Assembly (NCBI GenBank): GCA_903892035.1
Contig: CAITGV010000002.1
Coordinates: forward strand, 65,714 to 129,713
Direction: 5' to 3'
DNA length: 64,000 bases
Origin: an uncultured bacterium
Lineage (GTDB): Bacteria; Patescibacteriota; Minisyncoccia; Phycocordibacterales; UBA9973
Part shown: one piece after another, positions 37,558 to 47,805 of the stretch
Layout of the letters: each line of letters begins with the position of its first letter
How positions within the stretch are numbered: position 1 is the stretch's first letter
Position numbers and translations under genes: made by a program
The notes under the pieces: generated by a model
What the model was told of the DNA's origin: nothing
Databases searched by the model: none
What the model saw: the letters and a program-made list of their open reading frames with translations, nothing else

Positions 37558-38853
37558 ATGAGAATATTATCTATTGAAACAAGTTGCGACGAGACATCTA
37601 TCGCAATTGTCGACGCAAAAGGTGGAATTAAAAATCCAGTATTTAAGGTGCTCGCGCACGAGACTGCTTCACAGATAGAACTTCATACACAATACGGAGG
37701 AGTTTTTCCAATGATGGCTAAGCGCGAGCATAGTAAAAATATTGTTCCGCTTTTTATTAAAGCATTGAAGAAAGCAAAAATGTTGTCGTATTCTTCCTCT
37801 CCTTTGGGGAGGTTAGGAGGGGTTCTTGAAAAAGCCCTCGTCCGTGAACCCGAAATGCTTGAAATATTTTTGCGTGAAATTCCTAAAATTAAAATTCCAA
37901 AAATTGATTTAATTGCCGTAACTGCCGGTCCAGGACTTGAGCCTGCACTTTGGGTTGGAATTAATTTTGCTCAAGCACTTGGCAAAGTTTGGAAAATACC
38001 AGTGAGACCAATAAATCACATGGAAGGACACGTCATGTCGGTTTTGATACAAAAACCGACAAAAATGTCTAAATCAGAATTTCTAATTTCTAAAAAAAAT
38101 ACTCAAAAGGTGGATGTGAAATTTCCTGCGATATCACTGCTTGTTTCTGGAGGACACACAGAAATTGTTTTAGTAAAAAATTGGATGGAATACAAAATGC
38201 TCGGTGCTACTCGCGACGACGCTGCAGGAGAAGCTTTTGATAAAGTGGCACGAATGCTTGACCTTCCCTATCCTGGAGGGCCTGAGATTTCGAGGTTAGC
38301 ACAAATCTACAGAAAAATGCTTGACTCGACCACACATAAAATCGTGCTCGATTTTTGCTCTGCTCAAGCCGTCGCTTTGCGCAAGGGTCTCCCTAAGCAT
38401 TTTTCTTCCGATATTCATTTCCCTCGACCGATGATCAATAGTAAAGATTTTGATTTTTCATTTTCAGGACTTAAAACTGCGGTTTTATATTACATACGAG
38501 ACAAATACAACCCCACCCTAGCCCTCTCCTTATCAAGGGAGGGAAAAATGCAAATAGCAAAAGAATTTGAAGATGCAGTTGTAGAAGTACTTGTTACAAA
38601 AACTTTACGTGCAGTTGAAAAATATGAAGCCAAAAGTTTAATTGTTGGTGGTGGAGTTTCCGCAAACAATGAACTACAAAATCAGTTAAAAAAACAAATA
38701 AAAAATAAAAAACTTTCCACAAAACTTTATTTGCCAATAAAAAACCTTTCCACCGACAATGCCCTTATGATAGCCCTCGCTGGATATTTTCGCTCAGTTC
38801 AAGGAAAAAAATATACTAAAAAAATCAAAGCCTCTGGAAACCTTGGTTTATAA
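37558..38853 (+). CDS. tsaD: tRNA threonylcarbamoyltransferase TsaD with repeat-derived insertions
   Basis: IETSCDET, GPGL, NHMEGH, SGGHT, DDAAGEAFDK, FSFSGLKT, DNALMIA. Confidence 0.96.
   Translation: MRILSIETSCDETSIAIVDAKGGIKNPVFKVLAHETASQIELHTQYGGVFPMMAKREHSKNIVPLFIKALKKAKMLSYSSSPLGRLGGVLEKALVREPEMLEIFLREIPKIKIPKIDLIAVTAGPGLEPALWVGINFAQALGKVWKIPVRPINHMEGHVMSVLIQKPTKMSKSEFLISKKNTQKVDVKFPAISLLVSGGHTEIVLVKNWMEYKMLGATRDDAAGEAFDKVARMLDLPYPGGPEISRLAQIYRKMLDSTTHKIVLDFCSAQAVALRKGLPKHFSSDIHFPRPMINSKDFDFSFSGLKTAVLYYIRDKYNPTLALSLSREGKMQIAKEFEDAVVEVLVTKTLRAVEKYEAKSLIVGGGVSANNELQNQLKKQIKNKKLSTKLYLPIKNLSTDNALMIALAGYFRSVQGKKYTKKIKASGNLGL
38311..38406. repeat. 96-bp nested palindromic element in frame in tsaD
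   Basis: Perfect 12-bp terminal arms AGAAAAATGCTT/AAGCATTTTTCT; internal AAAATCG-TGCT-CGATTTT hairpin. Confidence 0.8.
38511..38544. repeat. Family D repeat in frame in tsaD
   Basis: Reverse complement shares AAGGAGAGGGCTAGGG (16 bp) with 13440-13455; encodes PTLALSLSREG. Confidence 0.8.
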
Positions 38854-38897
38854 GCTTTTAACTTCCAAAAATTCAATAAAAATGTTATATTTTTTCT

Positions 38898-41666
38898 ATG
38901 CCTCCACACAAAGAAATACCAGAAATACTACTGAAACCATACGACCCAAAAGCGACTGAATCTCGAATATATAAGCTCTGGGAAGAGAGTGGTTTTTTTA
39001 ACCCAGAAAATTGCATCGAAGCCGGAATAATAAAAGAGGATGCAAAGCCATTTACAATAATGATGCCACCACCAAATGTCACTGGAGTACTTCATATGGG
39101 ACACGCAATGATGATTACACTCGAAGACATTATGATTCGTTATAAAAGAATGCAAGGCTACCGCACTCTCTGGCTCCCTGGTACAGATCACGCAGCAATT
39201 GCTACTCAATCAAAAGTTGAAAAAGAAATTTGGAAAAAAGAAGGTTTAAGTAGGCACGATTTAGGTCGCGATGAACTTTTTCGTCGAACGTCTGAATTTG
39301 CACAAAAAAGTCACGATACAATTGTCTCCCAAATAAAAGTAATGGGCGCTTCTTGTGATTGGAGTCGTGAAGCATTTACTCTCGACAATAGCCGAAATTT
39401 GGCCGTAAATACAATGTTTAAAAAAATGTATGATGATGGGCTAATTTATCGCGGACATAGAGCTGTAAACTGGGATCCAAAAGGTCAGACGACAATTGCC
39501 GATGATGAAATAGTTTACGAAGAACGTAAAGCAAAAATTTATACTTTTAAATACTCAAAAGATTTTCCAATTTCAATTTCTACAACTCGCCCCGAAACAA
39601 AAGTTGGTGATACCGCAGTTGCAGTGCACCCCGAAGACGAACGCTATGCTAAATACATCGGTCAAACTTTTCATATTGATGATTTTTGTGGAGTTGCTCT
39701 TGATATAGTAATCATTGCAGATAAAATTGTTGAAAAGGATTTTGGTACAGGAGCTCTCGGTGTGACTCCCGCACATAGTATGACTGACTGGGAAATTGCC
39801 GACAGACACAACTTACCTCGACCACAAGTAATAAATGAATATGCAAAAATGATGGTGGGCGACGATCGTATAAAAGGTAAAAAAACCACCGATGCACGAG
39901 AAGTCATTGTCGAGTGGTTGAGAAATGAGGGACTTTTAGAAGCAGAAGAAGAGGTCTCGCAAAATGTCGGTACAGCAGAAAGAACTGGTGGCATCATCGA
40001 GCCACTTCCAAAACTTCAATGGTTCATCGCTGTAAATAAAGAATTTACTATTCCCTATTCTGAAATTCCTGGAATAAAATCTGGAGATAAAACCACATTA
40101 AAAGAAATTATGCGTAAAGCGGTTGAAAACGAATCGATAAAAATTTTACCAGACTATTTTAATAAAACATATTTTCATTGGATAGAAAATCTTCGTGATT
40201 GGTGTATTTCAAGACAAATCTGGTATGGCCACAGAGTGCCTGTATGGTACGACGGTGTGGGCACTGAAATAATGCCAAAGGAACGTTCAATTTATCTTGC
40301 TAGACATGGTCAATGCGAAGCAAATGTTAGTAATATTATTCCGACACAAAACGATGCAGACACTTCTCCATTAACTGACCTAGGAAAAGAACAAGCAAAA
40401 GCTCTCGGTGAATCCTTAAAAGATAAAAATATTACTCGTATCATTTGTTCTAAAATGAAACGTTCACAAGACACAGCAAAAATAGTGGCAGAAGTTTTGG
40501 GGCATTCTGATGAAATAATTGAAACATGGAACGATTTGCATGAAGTATGTTTCCCAGATGAGCTTGCGGGAAAAGAAAAATCAAAAAATTATAATCCCCT
40601 CGATGAATCTGTATCGCACGGAATGGGAGAGAGCTTAACCGAACTTGAAGATAGAGCTCGAGGTGTAATTGAAAAAATTATAAATTTAGGTAACCCAGGT
40701 GAAGTATTAATTGTGGGTCACGGAGGTTTTAATTCAATACTTAAAGCTGTGCATGATGGACTTCCAAAAGAAAAATTTGTTGAACATAGAAATGTGATGG
40801 GCGCAATGAAAAATGGTTCATGTTTATCACTGCATTTCATGCGTCTTCCTGATCAAGAAAAAGAGGGGCTTTTTCAAGATGAAGATACTCTTGATACTTG
40901 GTTTTCAGCTGGTATGTGGACGTTTTCAACTCTTGGTTGGCCAAACAAAACAGAAGATTTAAAAATTTACCATCCGACAGATGTGCTTGAAACTGGTTAC
41001 GAAATTCTCTTCTTCTGGGTTGCTAGAATGATTCTTATGTCTGGATATGCCTTGGGCACAATTCCATTTAAAAATGTTTACCTACACGGTACAGTTCGCG
41101 ATGGACAAGGTAGGAAAATGAGTAAATCACTTGGAAATGGTATAGACCCACTCGATATTGCAGATAAATACGGAGCAGATGCAGGACGAATGGCGATAAT
41201 AGTAGGAACAGCCGCTGGAACTGATAGCAAAATTTCAGAAGATAAAATTAAAGGCTACAAACATTTTGCAAATAAAATTTGGAATATTACACGTTTTGTA
41301 CTTTCAAATTCTGATATTAAAAATATTCACGCAACTCTAAATGAAAAGGATGGAGCTCTAACGCTCGCTCGTGACACAATATTTAGAGAAATTACAAATG
41401 AACTTGATGAATATAAATTTCACATTGCAACTGAAAAAATTTATCAATACATTTGGCATGAGTTTGCAGATAAAATACTCGAAGATAGTAAAATTATTTT
41501 TACAGATGGTAGTGAAAATGATAAAATTTCAAGAGAAGCTTTCCTACAAGAAACACTTCAGAAATGCTTAGTAGTATTGCATCCATTTATGCCTTACGTT
41601 ACAGAAGAAATTTGGAAAGTTACTGGAAACAACAGTTTGCTAATGATTGAAAAATGGCCTTCCTAA
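38898..41666 (+). CDS. valS: Valine-tRNA ligase with inserted histidine-phosphatase domain
   Basis: PPPNVTGVLHMGH, DWCISRQIWYGH, DTLDTWFS, KMSKS; insertion starting RSIYLARHG. Confidence 0.96.
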   Translation: MPPHKEIPEILLKPYDPKATESRIYKLWEESGFFNPENCIEAGIIKEDAKPFTIMMPPPNVTGVLHMGHAMMITLEDIMIRYKRMQGYRTLWLPGTDHAAIATQSKVEKEIWKKEGLSRHDLGRDELFRRTSEFAQKSHDTIVSQIKVMGASCDWSREAFTLDNSRNLAVNTMFKKMYDDGLIYRGHRAVNWDPKGQTTIADDEIVYEERKAKIYTFKYSKDFPISISTTRPETKVGDTAVAVHPEDERYAKYIGQTFHIDDFCGVALDIVIIADKIVEKDFGTGALGVTPAHSMTDWEIADRHNLPRPQVINEYAKMMVGDDRIKGKKTTDAREVIVEWLRNEGLLEAEEEVSQNVGTAERTGGIIEPLPKLQWFIAVNKEFTIPYSEIPGIKSGDKTTLKEIMRKAVENESIKILPDYFNKTYFHWIENLRDWCISRQIWYGHRVPVWYDGVGTEIMPKERSIYLARHGQCEANVSNIIPTQNDADTSPLTDLGKEQAKALGESLKDKNITRIICSKMKRSQDTAKIVAEVLGHSDEIIETWNDLHEVCFPDELAGKEKSKNYNPLDESVSHGMGESLTELEDRARGVIEKIINLGNPGEVLIVGHGGFNSILKAVHDGLPKEKFVEHRNVMGAMKNGSCLSLHFMRLPDQEKEGLFQDEDTLDTWFSAGMWTFSTLGWPNKTEDLKIYHPTDVLETGYEILFFWVARMILMSGYALGTIPFKNVYLHGTVRDGQGRKMSKSLGNGIDPLDIADKYGADAGRMAIIVGTAAGTDSKISEDKIKGYKHFANKIWNITRFVLSNSDIKNIHATLNEKDGALTLARDTIFREITNELDEYKFHIATEKIYQYIWHEFADKILEDSKIIFTDGSENDKISREAFLQETLQKCLVVLHPFMPYVTEEIWKVTGNNSLLMIEKWPS

Positions 41667-42367
41667 ACAATCAATTTGTTATAGCTCTTTTACTTGGTAT
41701 TGTACCTTCGCTTTTATGGTTACGTTTTTGGATGCGTGAAGATGATATAAATCCCCCACCCTCAAAACTTATTTTTATCACTTTTTTTATCGGTATGGCA
41801 ATGGTAATAGTTGTATTGCCGATGGAAAAATTTTTTCATGACCATATTTCAAATGCTCAGTACCTTACCGTTATTTGGGCTGGACTTGAAGAATTGGTAA
41901 AATTAGCTGCAGTGTTGCTTATTACACTTGGATCAAACGATATCGATGAGCCCGTAGACTTTCCAATTTTCTTTATGGCTTCTGCTTTAGGTTTTGCTGC
42001 ATTGGAAAATACACTTTTTATTCTTCACCCAGTTACAAGTCACAGCACAACAGTGTCACTACTAACAGGAAATTTGCGTTTTTTGGGTGCGACATTGCTT
42101 CATGCTACAGCTAGTGCGGTAATTGGAATTTCTCTTGGTTTAGTTTTCTTTAAAGATAAAATTTCAAAATTTTTTGCTGTAATTGTGGGAATTATTATCG
42201 CTACAGCCTTGCATAGTGTCTTTAATTTTTTTATAATAGATAGTAACGGAAAAGATTTTTTCAAAATTTTTGGTTTTCTTTGGATAATCACAATTATTAT
42301 AATGTTGCTTTTCGAAAAATTAAGAAGAATGAGTACAGCGATGTATGAAACCGAAACAGTTTCGTAA
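41654..42367 (+). CDS. PrsW-family intramembrane protease
   Basis: EELVK, GFAALEN, LLHA, HSVFN. Confidence 0.9.
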   Translation: MAFLNNQFVIALLLGIVPSLLWLRFWMREDDINPPPSKLIFITFFIGMAMVIVVLPMEKFFHDHISNAQYLTVIWAGLEELVKLAAVLLITLGSNDIDEPVDFPIFFMASALGFAALENTLFILHPVTSHSTTVSLLTGNLRFLGATLLHATASAVIGISLGLVFFKDKISKFFAVIVGIIIATALHSVFNFFIIDSNGKDFFKIFGFLWIITIIIMLLFEKLRRMSTAMYETETVS

Positions 42368-42392
42368 ATTTGCTTAAGCTTAAAATAAAATT

Positions 42393-42863
42393 ATGTCACA
42401 AAAACAATCTTTTTTTAAAAGAATGCTTGGCCAAGCAAAACTAGATGAAGATACAGAAGCTGTCGTATTAAACGGTAAGCAAATTCTTGATAAAGAAAAA
42501 GATAAAACTTCTTGGGCTGAAGAAGAGCAAGAAGAGGGTGAGCTCACAGTCGATGTGTACCAAACTGCCGGTGAAATTGTAGTTTCTACAATGGTTGCAG
42601 GAGTTCGCCCCGAAGACCTTCAGGTTACAATTACTCGCGACATGATCACCATAAAAGGCAAAAGAGAAGAAAATAAAACCATCAATCAAGAAAACTATTT
42701 TACAAAAGAATTGTACTGGGGATCATTTTCTAGAACAATATTACTTCCTCAAGAAATTGATCCTGAAGAAGCTGAAGCAATAGAAAAACACGGACTGCTT
42801 GTCATAAAGCTTCCAAAAGTGGATAAAGAGAAAAAGACAAATATTAAAGTTAAATCTGTTTAG
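42393..42863 (+). CDS. Hsp20/alpha-crystallin family protein
   Basis: VDVYQT, WGSFSRTILLP, GLLVIKLPK. Confidence 0.92.
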   Translation: MSQKQSFFKRMLGQAKLDEDTEAVVLNGKQILDKEKDKTSWAEEEQEEGELTVDVYQTAGEIVVSTMVAGVRPEDLQVTITRDMITIKGKREENKTINQENYFTKELYWGSFSRTILLPQEIDPEEAEAIEKHGLLVIKLPKVDKEKKTNIKVKSV

Positions 42864-43720
42864 TTTACTACTTCTACAACTTCAATAATTTCGACAACTG
42901 ACGCAAGATTCTCATCTTGCGCTTTTGTTGCGTCAAAAGTCAAAAATGTTTTTAGATTTACTATCATTGCAAATGAATAACAAAGTGCAGCAAAGATTCC
43001 AGTAACAGTGATACCGATGAATGTGCCTTTTAGTAATACAGAAATAATTAATTGACCTACAAAAATCGCTACAAAAATTATAAATCCTAAAGCCAATTGA
43101 TACCAAACAGTCTTCCACCATCGTCCTTTAACGATACTTTTGCTGTAAGCCAATGCTTTTTTGTTACGTTCTGTTTTATTTAAAAAGACAGCAGAAGCTG
43201 CAAATTTCCAATAAACTGAGTATATAGTTGCAGGAATTAAATATAAAACTATAAATAACATGAGGGTTGATTTTAATGAACGTAAGTCACTTCCAGAATT
43301 TTTTGCACCAGCTAATACAATACCAGTGACAAAACCAAGTATAAAAATAAAAATTGTCTGCAAAAAAGCAGTAGTAAAAACTTTATTTAAAAAATTTACT
43401 GTATTACGATAATTATTTTTTAGACTGTACTCAGATTTTTCTTTATTTTCGTATTTAGCCTTAAAAAGAAAAGCTATGTATATCATTGGTCCATATGCAA
43501 GTACTATTATCAATATTGAAATAATTACATTTATGATTGCTGACATTAAATCAGATGGGTCTTGTGTAGTAAAAAATGCCATTACAATAAAACTAGCGAC
43601 GAGTAGTGGCAACATCAATTTTATTACCATTGATGAAATCTTATTTAGATTTTCTTTATAAAATGCCCATGAGTCAACTAAAATTTTTTTAATAGAATCG
43701 ATTTTTATATTTGTTTCCAT
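42860..43720 (-). CDS. Hypothetical membrane protein
   Basis: About 6 TM helices, ALAYSKSIVKGRWW motif. Confidence 0.75.
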   Translation of the reverse strand: METNIKIDSIKKILVDSWAFYKENLNKISSMVIKLMLPLLVASFIVMAFFTTQDPSDLMSAIINVIISILIIVLAYGPMIYIAFLFKAKYENKEKSEYSLKNNYRNTVNFLNKVFTTAFLQTIFIFILGFVTGIVLAGAKNSGSDLRSLKSTLMLFIVLYLIPATIYSVYWKFAASAVFLNKTERNKKALAYSKSIVKGRWWKTVWYQLALGFIIFVAIFVGQLIISVLLKGTFIGITVTGIFAALCYSFAMIVNLKTFLTFDATKAQDENLASVVEIIEVVEVVN

Positions 43721-43758
43721 AATAAATAATTAGATAATAATTAACACACAAAACTATG

Positions 43759-43831
43759 TGCCTAGACCCAGGCTCGAACTGGGGACCTATCCCTCTTCAG
43801 GGGAGCGCTCTACCAACTGAGCTATCTAGGC
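43759..43831 (-). tRNA. tRNA-Phe(GAA)
   Basis: GCCTAGA/TCTAGGC acceptor, CTGAAGA anticodon loop. Confidence 0.95.
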
Positions 43832-43863
43832 ATTTAAAACTTTTTTTAATTTTTTGAAAAAAA

Positions 43864-44160
43864 TTATTTAACTGTATTTATCAGATCTTTTAGATGATTT
43901 ACATCAGGCAAAGAATTTGCTGAATTACTCAATTTATCCAGTGCATCTATCCCCCCACCTCCATAAATTGCAGTCAATTTACCTAGAGAAGGTGCTATAA
44001 GGTAATACGAACCCAAAGAAAGAGCGATAATCACTCCCCAATAGAAAATTCGAAACCATTTAGCCCTTTCCTGTGATCGACGAATTAAATGAAGCATCTT
44101 GTTATTTTCTTGTGTTAAAGCAAGATTTTCCTCAACAAGCTTTTTTAATTCAGGATCCAT
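43864..44160 (-). CDS. Hypothetical single-pass membrane protein
   Basis: Likely start MDPELKK (44160); coiled N-terminus plus one TM helix. Confidence 0.7.
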   Translation of the reverse strand: MDPELKKLVEENLALTQENNKMLHLIRRSQERAKWFRIFYWGVIIALSLGSYYLIAPSLGKLTAIYGGGGIDALDKLSNSANSLPDVNHLKDLINTVK

Positions 44161-44198
44161 GTTGCCCAGTATAGCAAAAGACAAGGTTTTTTTCAATG

Positions 44199-44270
44199 TG
44201 CCCTCAGTACGAATCGAACGTGCATCTATTCCTTAGGACGGAACTGTTCTATCCATTGAACTATGAGGGC
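44199..44270 (-). tRNA. tRNA-Arg(CCT)
   Basis: GCCCTCA/TGAGGGC acceptor, GTTCC-GTCCTAA-GGAAT anticodon arm. Confidence 0.93.
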
Positions 44271-44284
44271 AAGCCCAGAGAGGC

Positions 44285-44524
44285 TTACATTTCAACTCCA
44301 AGGAGTTCAGCAACACGTGGTTTATTGAAACCAATAATAACTTCATCATCAATTTTTATTACTGGTACTCCCATTTGTCCCGTCATATCAATCATTTCTT
44401 TCCTTTTTGTCATATCATTTGAAACATTGAATTCTTTGAACTCAATTCCCTTTTCTTGAAAAAAATCCTTCGCCATATGGCAAAAATGGCATGTATTTGT
44501 AGTATATATTGAAACGTTTTTCAT
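44285..44524 (-). CDS. Glutaredoxin/NrdH-like redoxin
   Basis: CHFC, GQMGVPV, IIGF. Confidence 0.92.
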   Translation of the reverse strand: MKNVSIYTTNTCHFCHMAKDFFQEKGIEFKEFNVSNDMTKRKEMIDMTGQMGVPVIKIDDEVIIGFNKPRVAELLGVEM

Positions 44525-44603
44525 ATTATTTTTCGCCCGAAGGCATTAATTAATAATTTATTGGACTATCATTATAGCACACAAAACATATGCGCAAAAT
44601 CTG

Positions 44604-44674
44604 TGCGGAATAGGAGAATCGAACTCCTGTCTCAACCTTGGGAAGGTCACATTTTGCCACTAAACTAATTCCGC
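44604..44674 (-). tRNA. tRNA-Gly(CCC)
   Basis: GCGGAAT/ATTCCGC acceptor, TTCCCAA anticodon loop. Confidence 0.93.
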
Positions 44675-44694
44675 ATTATTTTTAAATTATAATC

Positions 44695-45087
44695 TTAAAA
44701 TCCAAAAAAACTTTTTATAGACTGCCAGAATGTTTTTTGTGGTAGAGCATTTGAGGCAGTTGCTGTATTGTCTGTCTTTGGGTCATTATCAACAATGACC
44801 ACCAATCCCTCACCATCTTTCACAACTCTATATTTATCTCGAATATTTTCTTCAATACCTGCATTTGTACTTAATTTGTTTAAGTTATTGGTCAATGAAT
44901 TTTTATGATCAACCAATGCAGAAAGTGTGGCTTCGTCATTTTTTTTATCATTATTTAAAACATGATCTTTTTTTGCAATTGAATATACGCTTTTTACAAA
45001 AAAAATCAAAGCAACAATAAAAAACACCAAAACAAATCTGGAGTAAAATATCTTTTCAAAGCTTTTTTTGTGATTTAATTGAGCCAT
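44695..45087 (-). CDS. FtsB/DivIC-like septum formation initiator
   Basis: TM plus coiled coil plus GIEENIRDKYRVVKDGE. Confidence 0.75.
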   Translation of the reverse strand: MAQLNHKKSFEKIFYSRFVLVFFIVALIFFVKSVYSIAKKDHVLNNDKKNDEATLSALVDHKNSLTNNLNKLSTNAGIEENIRDKYRVVKDGEGLVVIVDNDPKTDNTATASNALPQKTFWQSIKSFFGF

Positions 45088-45143
45088 TTTATAATTTCAG
45101 TTTATATGTTATAGTATAGCCTATATAATAATGTAACAAAAAT

Positions 45144-45248
45144 ATGCTTTTCAACAGAAAACACCAGAAAAAAATACAAATCTTTTGGACCATTTTATGT
45201 GGTCTTGTAATAGTATCAATGATTTTGCTTTACGCACTTCCAAGATAG
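45144..45248 (+). CDS. Small membrane peptide (34 aa)
   Basis: Not in the ORF track; MLFNRKHQKKIQIFWTILCGLVIVSMILLYALPR, basic N-terminus plus TM helix. Confidence 0.5.
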   Translation: MLFNRKHQKKIQIFWTILCGLVIVSMILLYALPR

Positions 45249-47066
45249 CTATTCATTTCCCCCACTTCTCATCATTTTCAAAAACACTTCGTGAGGTATG
45301 TTTACCTTGCCACTTTCACGCATACGTTTTTTGCCTTTTTTCTGTTTTTCCAAGAGTTTCTTTTTTCGAGAAATATCTCCACCTCCGACAACCTTACTAC
45401 CGTGCATAAGCACGTCTTTTCTAAATGCTGAAAGAGTTCGTGATGAAAGAATTCTTCCTAAAGCATAGCCTTGGATTTTTGTAGAAAATTGTTGTCTTGG
45501 TAGAACACCGTGTAGTTTTTCTACAGCTTGCTCGGCTTCTTCATTGGCTTTCCTGCGTGACACGACACGAGTAAATGCTGGAACAACTTCGTCGGCAATT
45601 AAAATATCTAAACGTGTCACATCAGCTTTTCGAAGTTCTGCCATTTCATAAGAAATCGAAGCGAAACCTGCGGTAGTACTTTTCATTTCATCAAAAAAGT
45701 TTCGCATAAGCTCACGAAGTGGCATTGCAACGTGTATCTGTGAACGGTCTGCTCCAAAGTTTTCAGTCTCTCCAATTTCTGCTTCATGCTCGTAGAAAAG
45801 TTGCATCATGCTACCCAAATATTTTATTGGAGTGATAACCGTAATAGAAACCCAAGGTTCCAATACTTCTTCCATTTCTCCATCGTTTGGAAAAAGATGA
45901 GGCGAATAAACTGTAAGTAATTTTCCATTTCGAAGTTTTACAAAATATGTAATAGATGGAGTTGTAACAACTAACTCAAGATTGAATTCTCGGCGCAAAC
46001 GCTCTGTGACAATTTCCAAGTGAAGCATTCCAAGAAAACCAGCACGAAAACCGCGACCCAAAGAGCCTGAGGATTCTTCTTCAAAAGAAAAAGCTGAATC
46101 AGAAAGTTTCAAGCGAGACAAAGCCATTTTCAATTGATTGAAATCATCTTGACTTTCAGGATAAATTGAGGCCCAAACAACTGGTGTAGGTGTAAAATAT
46201 CCAGGAAATGCGGGCAGGTCACTTTTCCAACCTGTAATTGTATCTCCGACAGATGCAATACCTGGACGTTTGATTCCAGTGACTATGTAACCAATTTCCC
46301 CAGATGATAAAAGTGGTTGAGGTGATTCGTCTGGTGCAAAAGTTCCAACTTCTAGAGAAATAAATTTTTCACCTGCAACTTTAAACATCAATTCTTGATT
46401 TCGTGCCACAGAACCATCCAGAATTCTCACGTAAACAATAACACCCTTATGGTCAGAATATTTAAAATCAAAAACCAAAGCGCGAACATCATTTTTTCCT
46501 GTATAAGTTTCTGTTGGAGGTGGAACTCTTTTTATAACTTCAGATAAAAGTTCTGGAACACCTTCACCAGTTTTTCCTGAAACTAAAAGAATTTCATCAA
46601 GTGAACAATTTAAAAGTGACGCAACTTCAATACGTACTTCATCTACACGCGAAAGCGGTGAGTCGATTTTTGACAATACTGGAATTATCACAAGCCCAGA
46701 TTCGCGCGCCATTGCAAGAGTAGTAAGTGTTTGTGCTTGAACACCTTGAGTTGAATCCACAAGAAGAATTGAACCTTCGACAGCTTTCAGTGCTCGCGAA
46801 ACTTCATAAGAAAAATCAATATGCCCAGGAGTATCGATAAGATTTAATTCATAATCAATACCATCAAATTTATGGCTCATACGCACAGGTTGCATTTTTA
46901 TTGTGATACCGCGTTCACGTTCGAGTTCCATGTTATCTAGCACCTGAGCGCGCATTTTGCGCTTCTCAATGGTATTTGTAACCTCAAGCATTCTATCTGC
47001 CAAAGTACTCTTTCCGTGGTCTATATGAGCAATAATGCTGAAATTGCGTATATTCTGGAGTTCCAT
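45249..47066 (-). CDS. lepA: Elongation factor 4 (LepA)
   Basis: AHIDHGKST, ERGITIK, DTPGH, GFLGMLH, KQKKGKKRM; start moved to MELQNIRN. Confidence 0.97.
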   Translation of the reverse strand: MELQNIRNFSIIAHIDHGKSTLADRMLEVTNTIEKRKMRAQVLDNMELERERGITIKMQPVRMSHKFDGIDYELNLIDTPGHIDFSYEVSRALKAVEGSILLVDSTQGVQAQTLTTLAMARESGLVIIPVLSKIDSPLSRVDEVRIEVASLLNCSLDEILLVSGKTGEGVPELLSEVIKRVPPPTETYTGKNDVRALVFDFKYSDHKGVIVYVRILDGSVARNQELMFKVAGEKFISLEVGTFAPDESPQPLLSSGEIGYIVTGIKRPGIASVGDTITGWKSDLPAFPGYFTPTPVVWASIYPESQDDFNQLKMALSRLKLSDSAFSFEEESSGSLGRGFRAGFLGMLHLEIVTERLRREFNLELVVTTPSITYFVKLRNGKLLTVYSPHLFPNDGEMEEVLEPWVSITVITPIKYLGSMMQLFYEHEAEIGETENFGADRSQIHVAMPLRELMRNFFDEMKSTTAGFASISYEMAELRKADVTRLDILIADEVVPAFTRVVSRRKANEEAEQAVEKLHGVLPRQQFSTKIQGYALGRILSSRTLSAFRKDVLMHGSKVVGGGDISRKKKLLEKQKKGKKRMRESGKVNIPHEVFLKMMRSGGNE

Positions 47067-47111
47067 AAGCCTCACTATAGCAAAAAATGCCTTAAATTAA
47101 AAGCTAACTTT

Positions 47112-47132
47112 TTTGGGAGCTTAGCTCCCAAA
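47112..47132. repeat. REP-like palindrome, family B, downstream of RAYT2
   Basis: TTTGGGAGC-TTA-GCTCCCAAA, 2 nt after the RAYT2 stop. Confidence 0.95.
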
Positions 47133-47134
47133 TG

Positions 47135-47791
47135 TTAGTCGATGCACACTGATTTAAAATCACTTAAATCTTCCTTTCTTTTTCGAATTAAGGGTAATGT
47201 GTCTTTGGAATATTTAATAAAATCAGAAGAACTTTTAAATTGATCTAGAATAATATCTTTCTTACATATTCCATTTTTTTGCTCACCACTATATTCTGCA
47301 AAACTAGAAAATGGCAACTCCCTCATCCACAACTTGTTCATTCCTTCATGAACCATATTGTTCAAATTCACATAAACACCGAGATACAGTAAATACTCGT
47401 TTGAAGAAATATGCTTGGCTTTGTATGTTCCTTGAAAAAGCGAACCGGAACGGTCATTTTTTTCATTGAAATAATTCGTATACCCGGTAGAAATCCTGTG
47501 CATAAATTTCTGTACACCATTTTCAACCAAAGGCTCAAGAATAAAATGAAAATGATTTTGATTTAGACAGTACGCAATAATATTCACCAACTTTTTGGGA
47601 GCTAAGCTCCCAAATTTGTCATCTTCTCTTGATTTTTCATAAATACTTCCAATTATATCTACTGTATTAAACATCTCCATGCTATTAAGAAATCGTTGAA
47701 GGTCTTCCTTGTCTTCAAAAATATTTCTTTTATCAACACCACGATTATATATATGATAAAACTCACCTTCTTCAAATACTGTGTATCTCAT
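47135..47791 (-). mobile_element. REP-associated tyrosine transposase (RAYT / IS200-like Y1 HUH), RAYT2
   Basis: FYHIYNRGVDKRNIF, HUH motif NQNHFHFIL, RSGSLFQGTYKA, YVNLN; clear paralogue of 1279-1950. Confidence 0.92.
47594..47614. repeat. Intragenic family B palindrome inside RAYT2
   Basis: TTTGGGAGC-TAA-GCTCCCAAA, the exact reverse complement of the flanking copies; encodes FGSLAPK. Confidence 0.95.
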
Positions 47792-47805
47792 AACAATATT
47801 GTACC

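Noticed and set aside
40270-40860. Intein in ValS
   Set aside because: No C/S start, HN end or LAGLIDADG motifs; the insert has phosphatase motifs.
20366-44674. Prophage or integrative element at the tRNAs
   Set aside because: No integrase, phage genes or duplicated tRNA 3' ends were seen.
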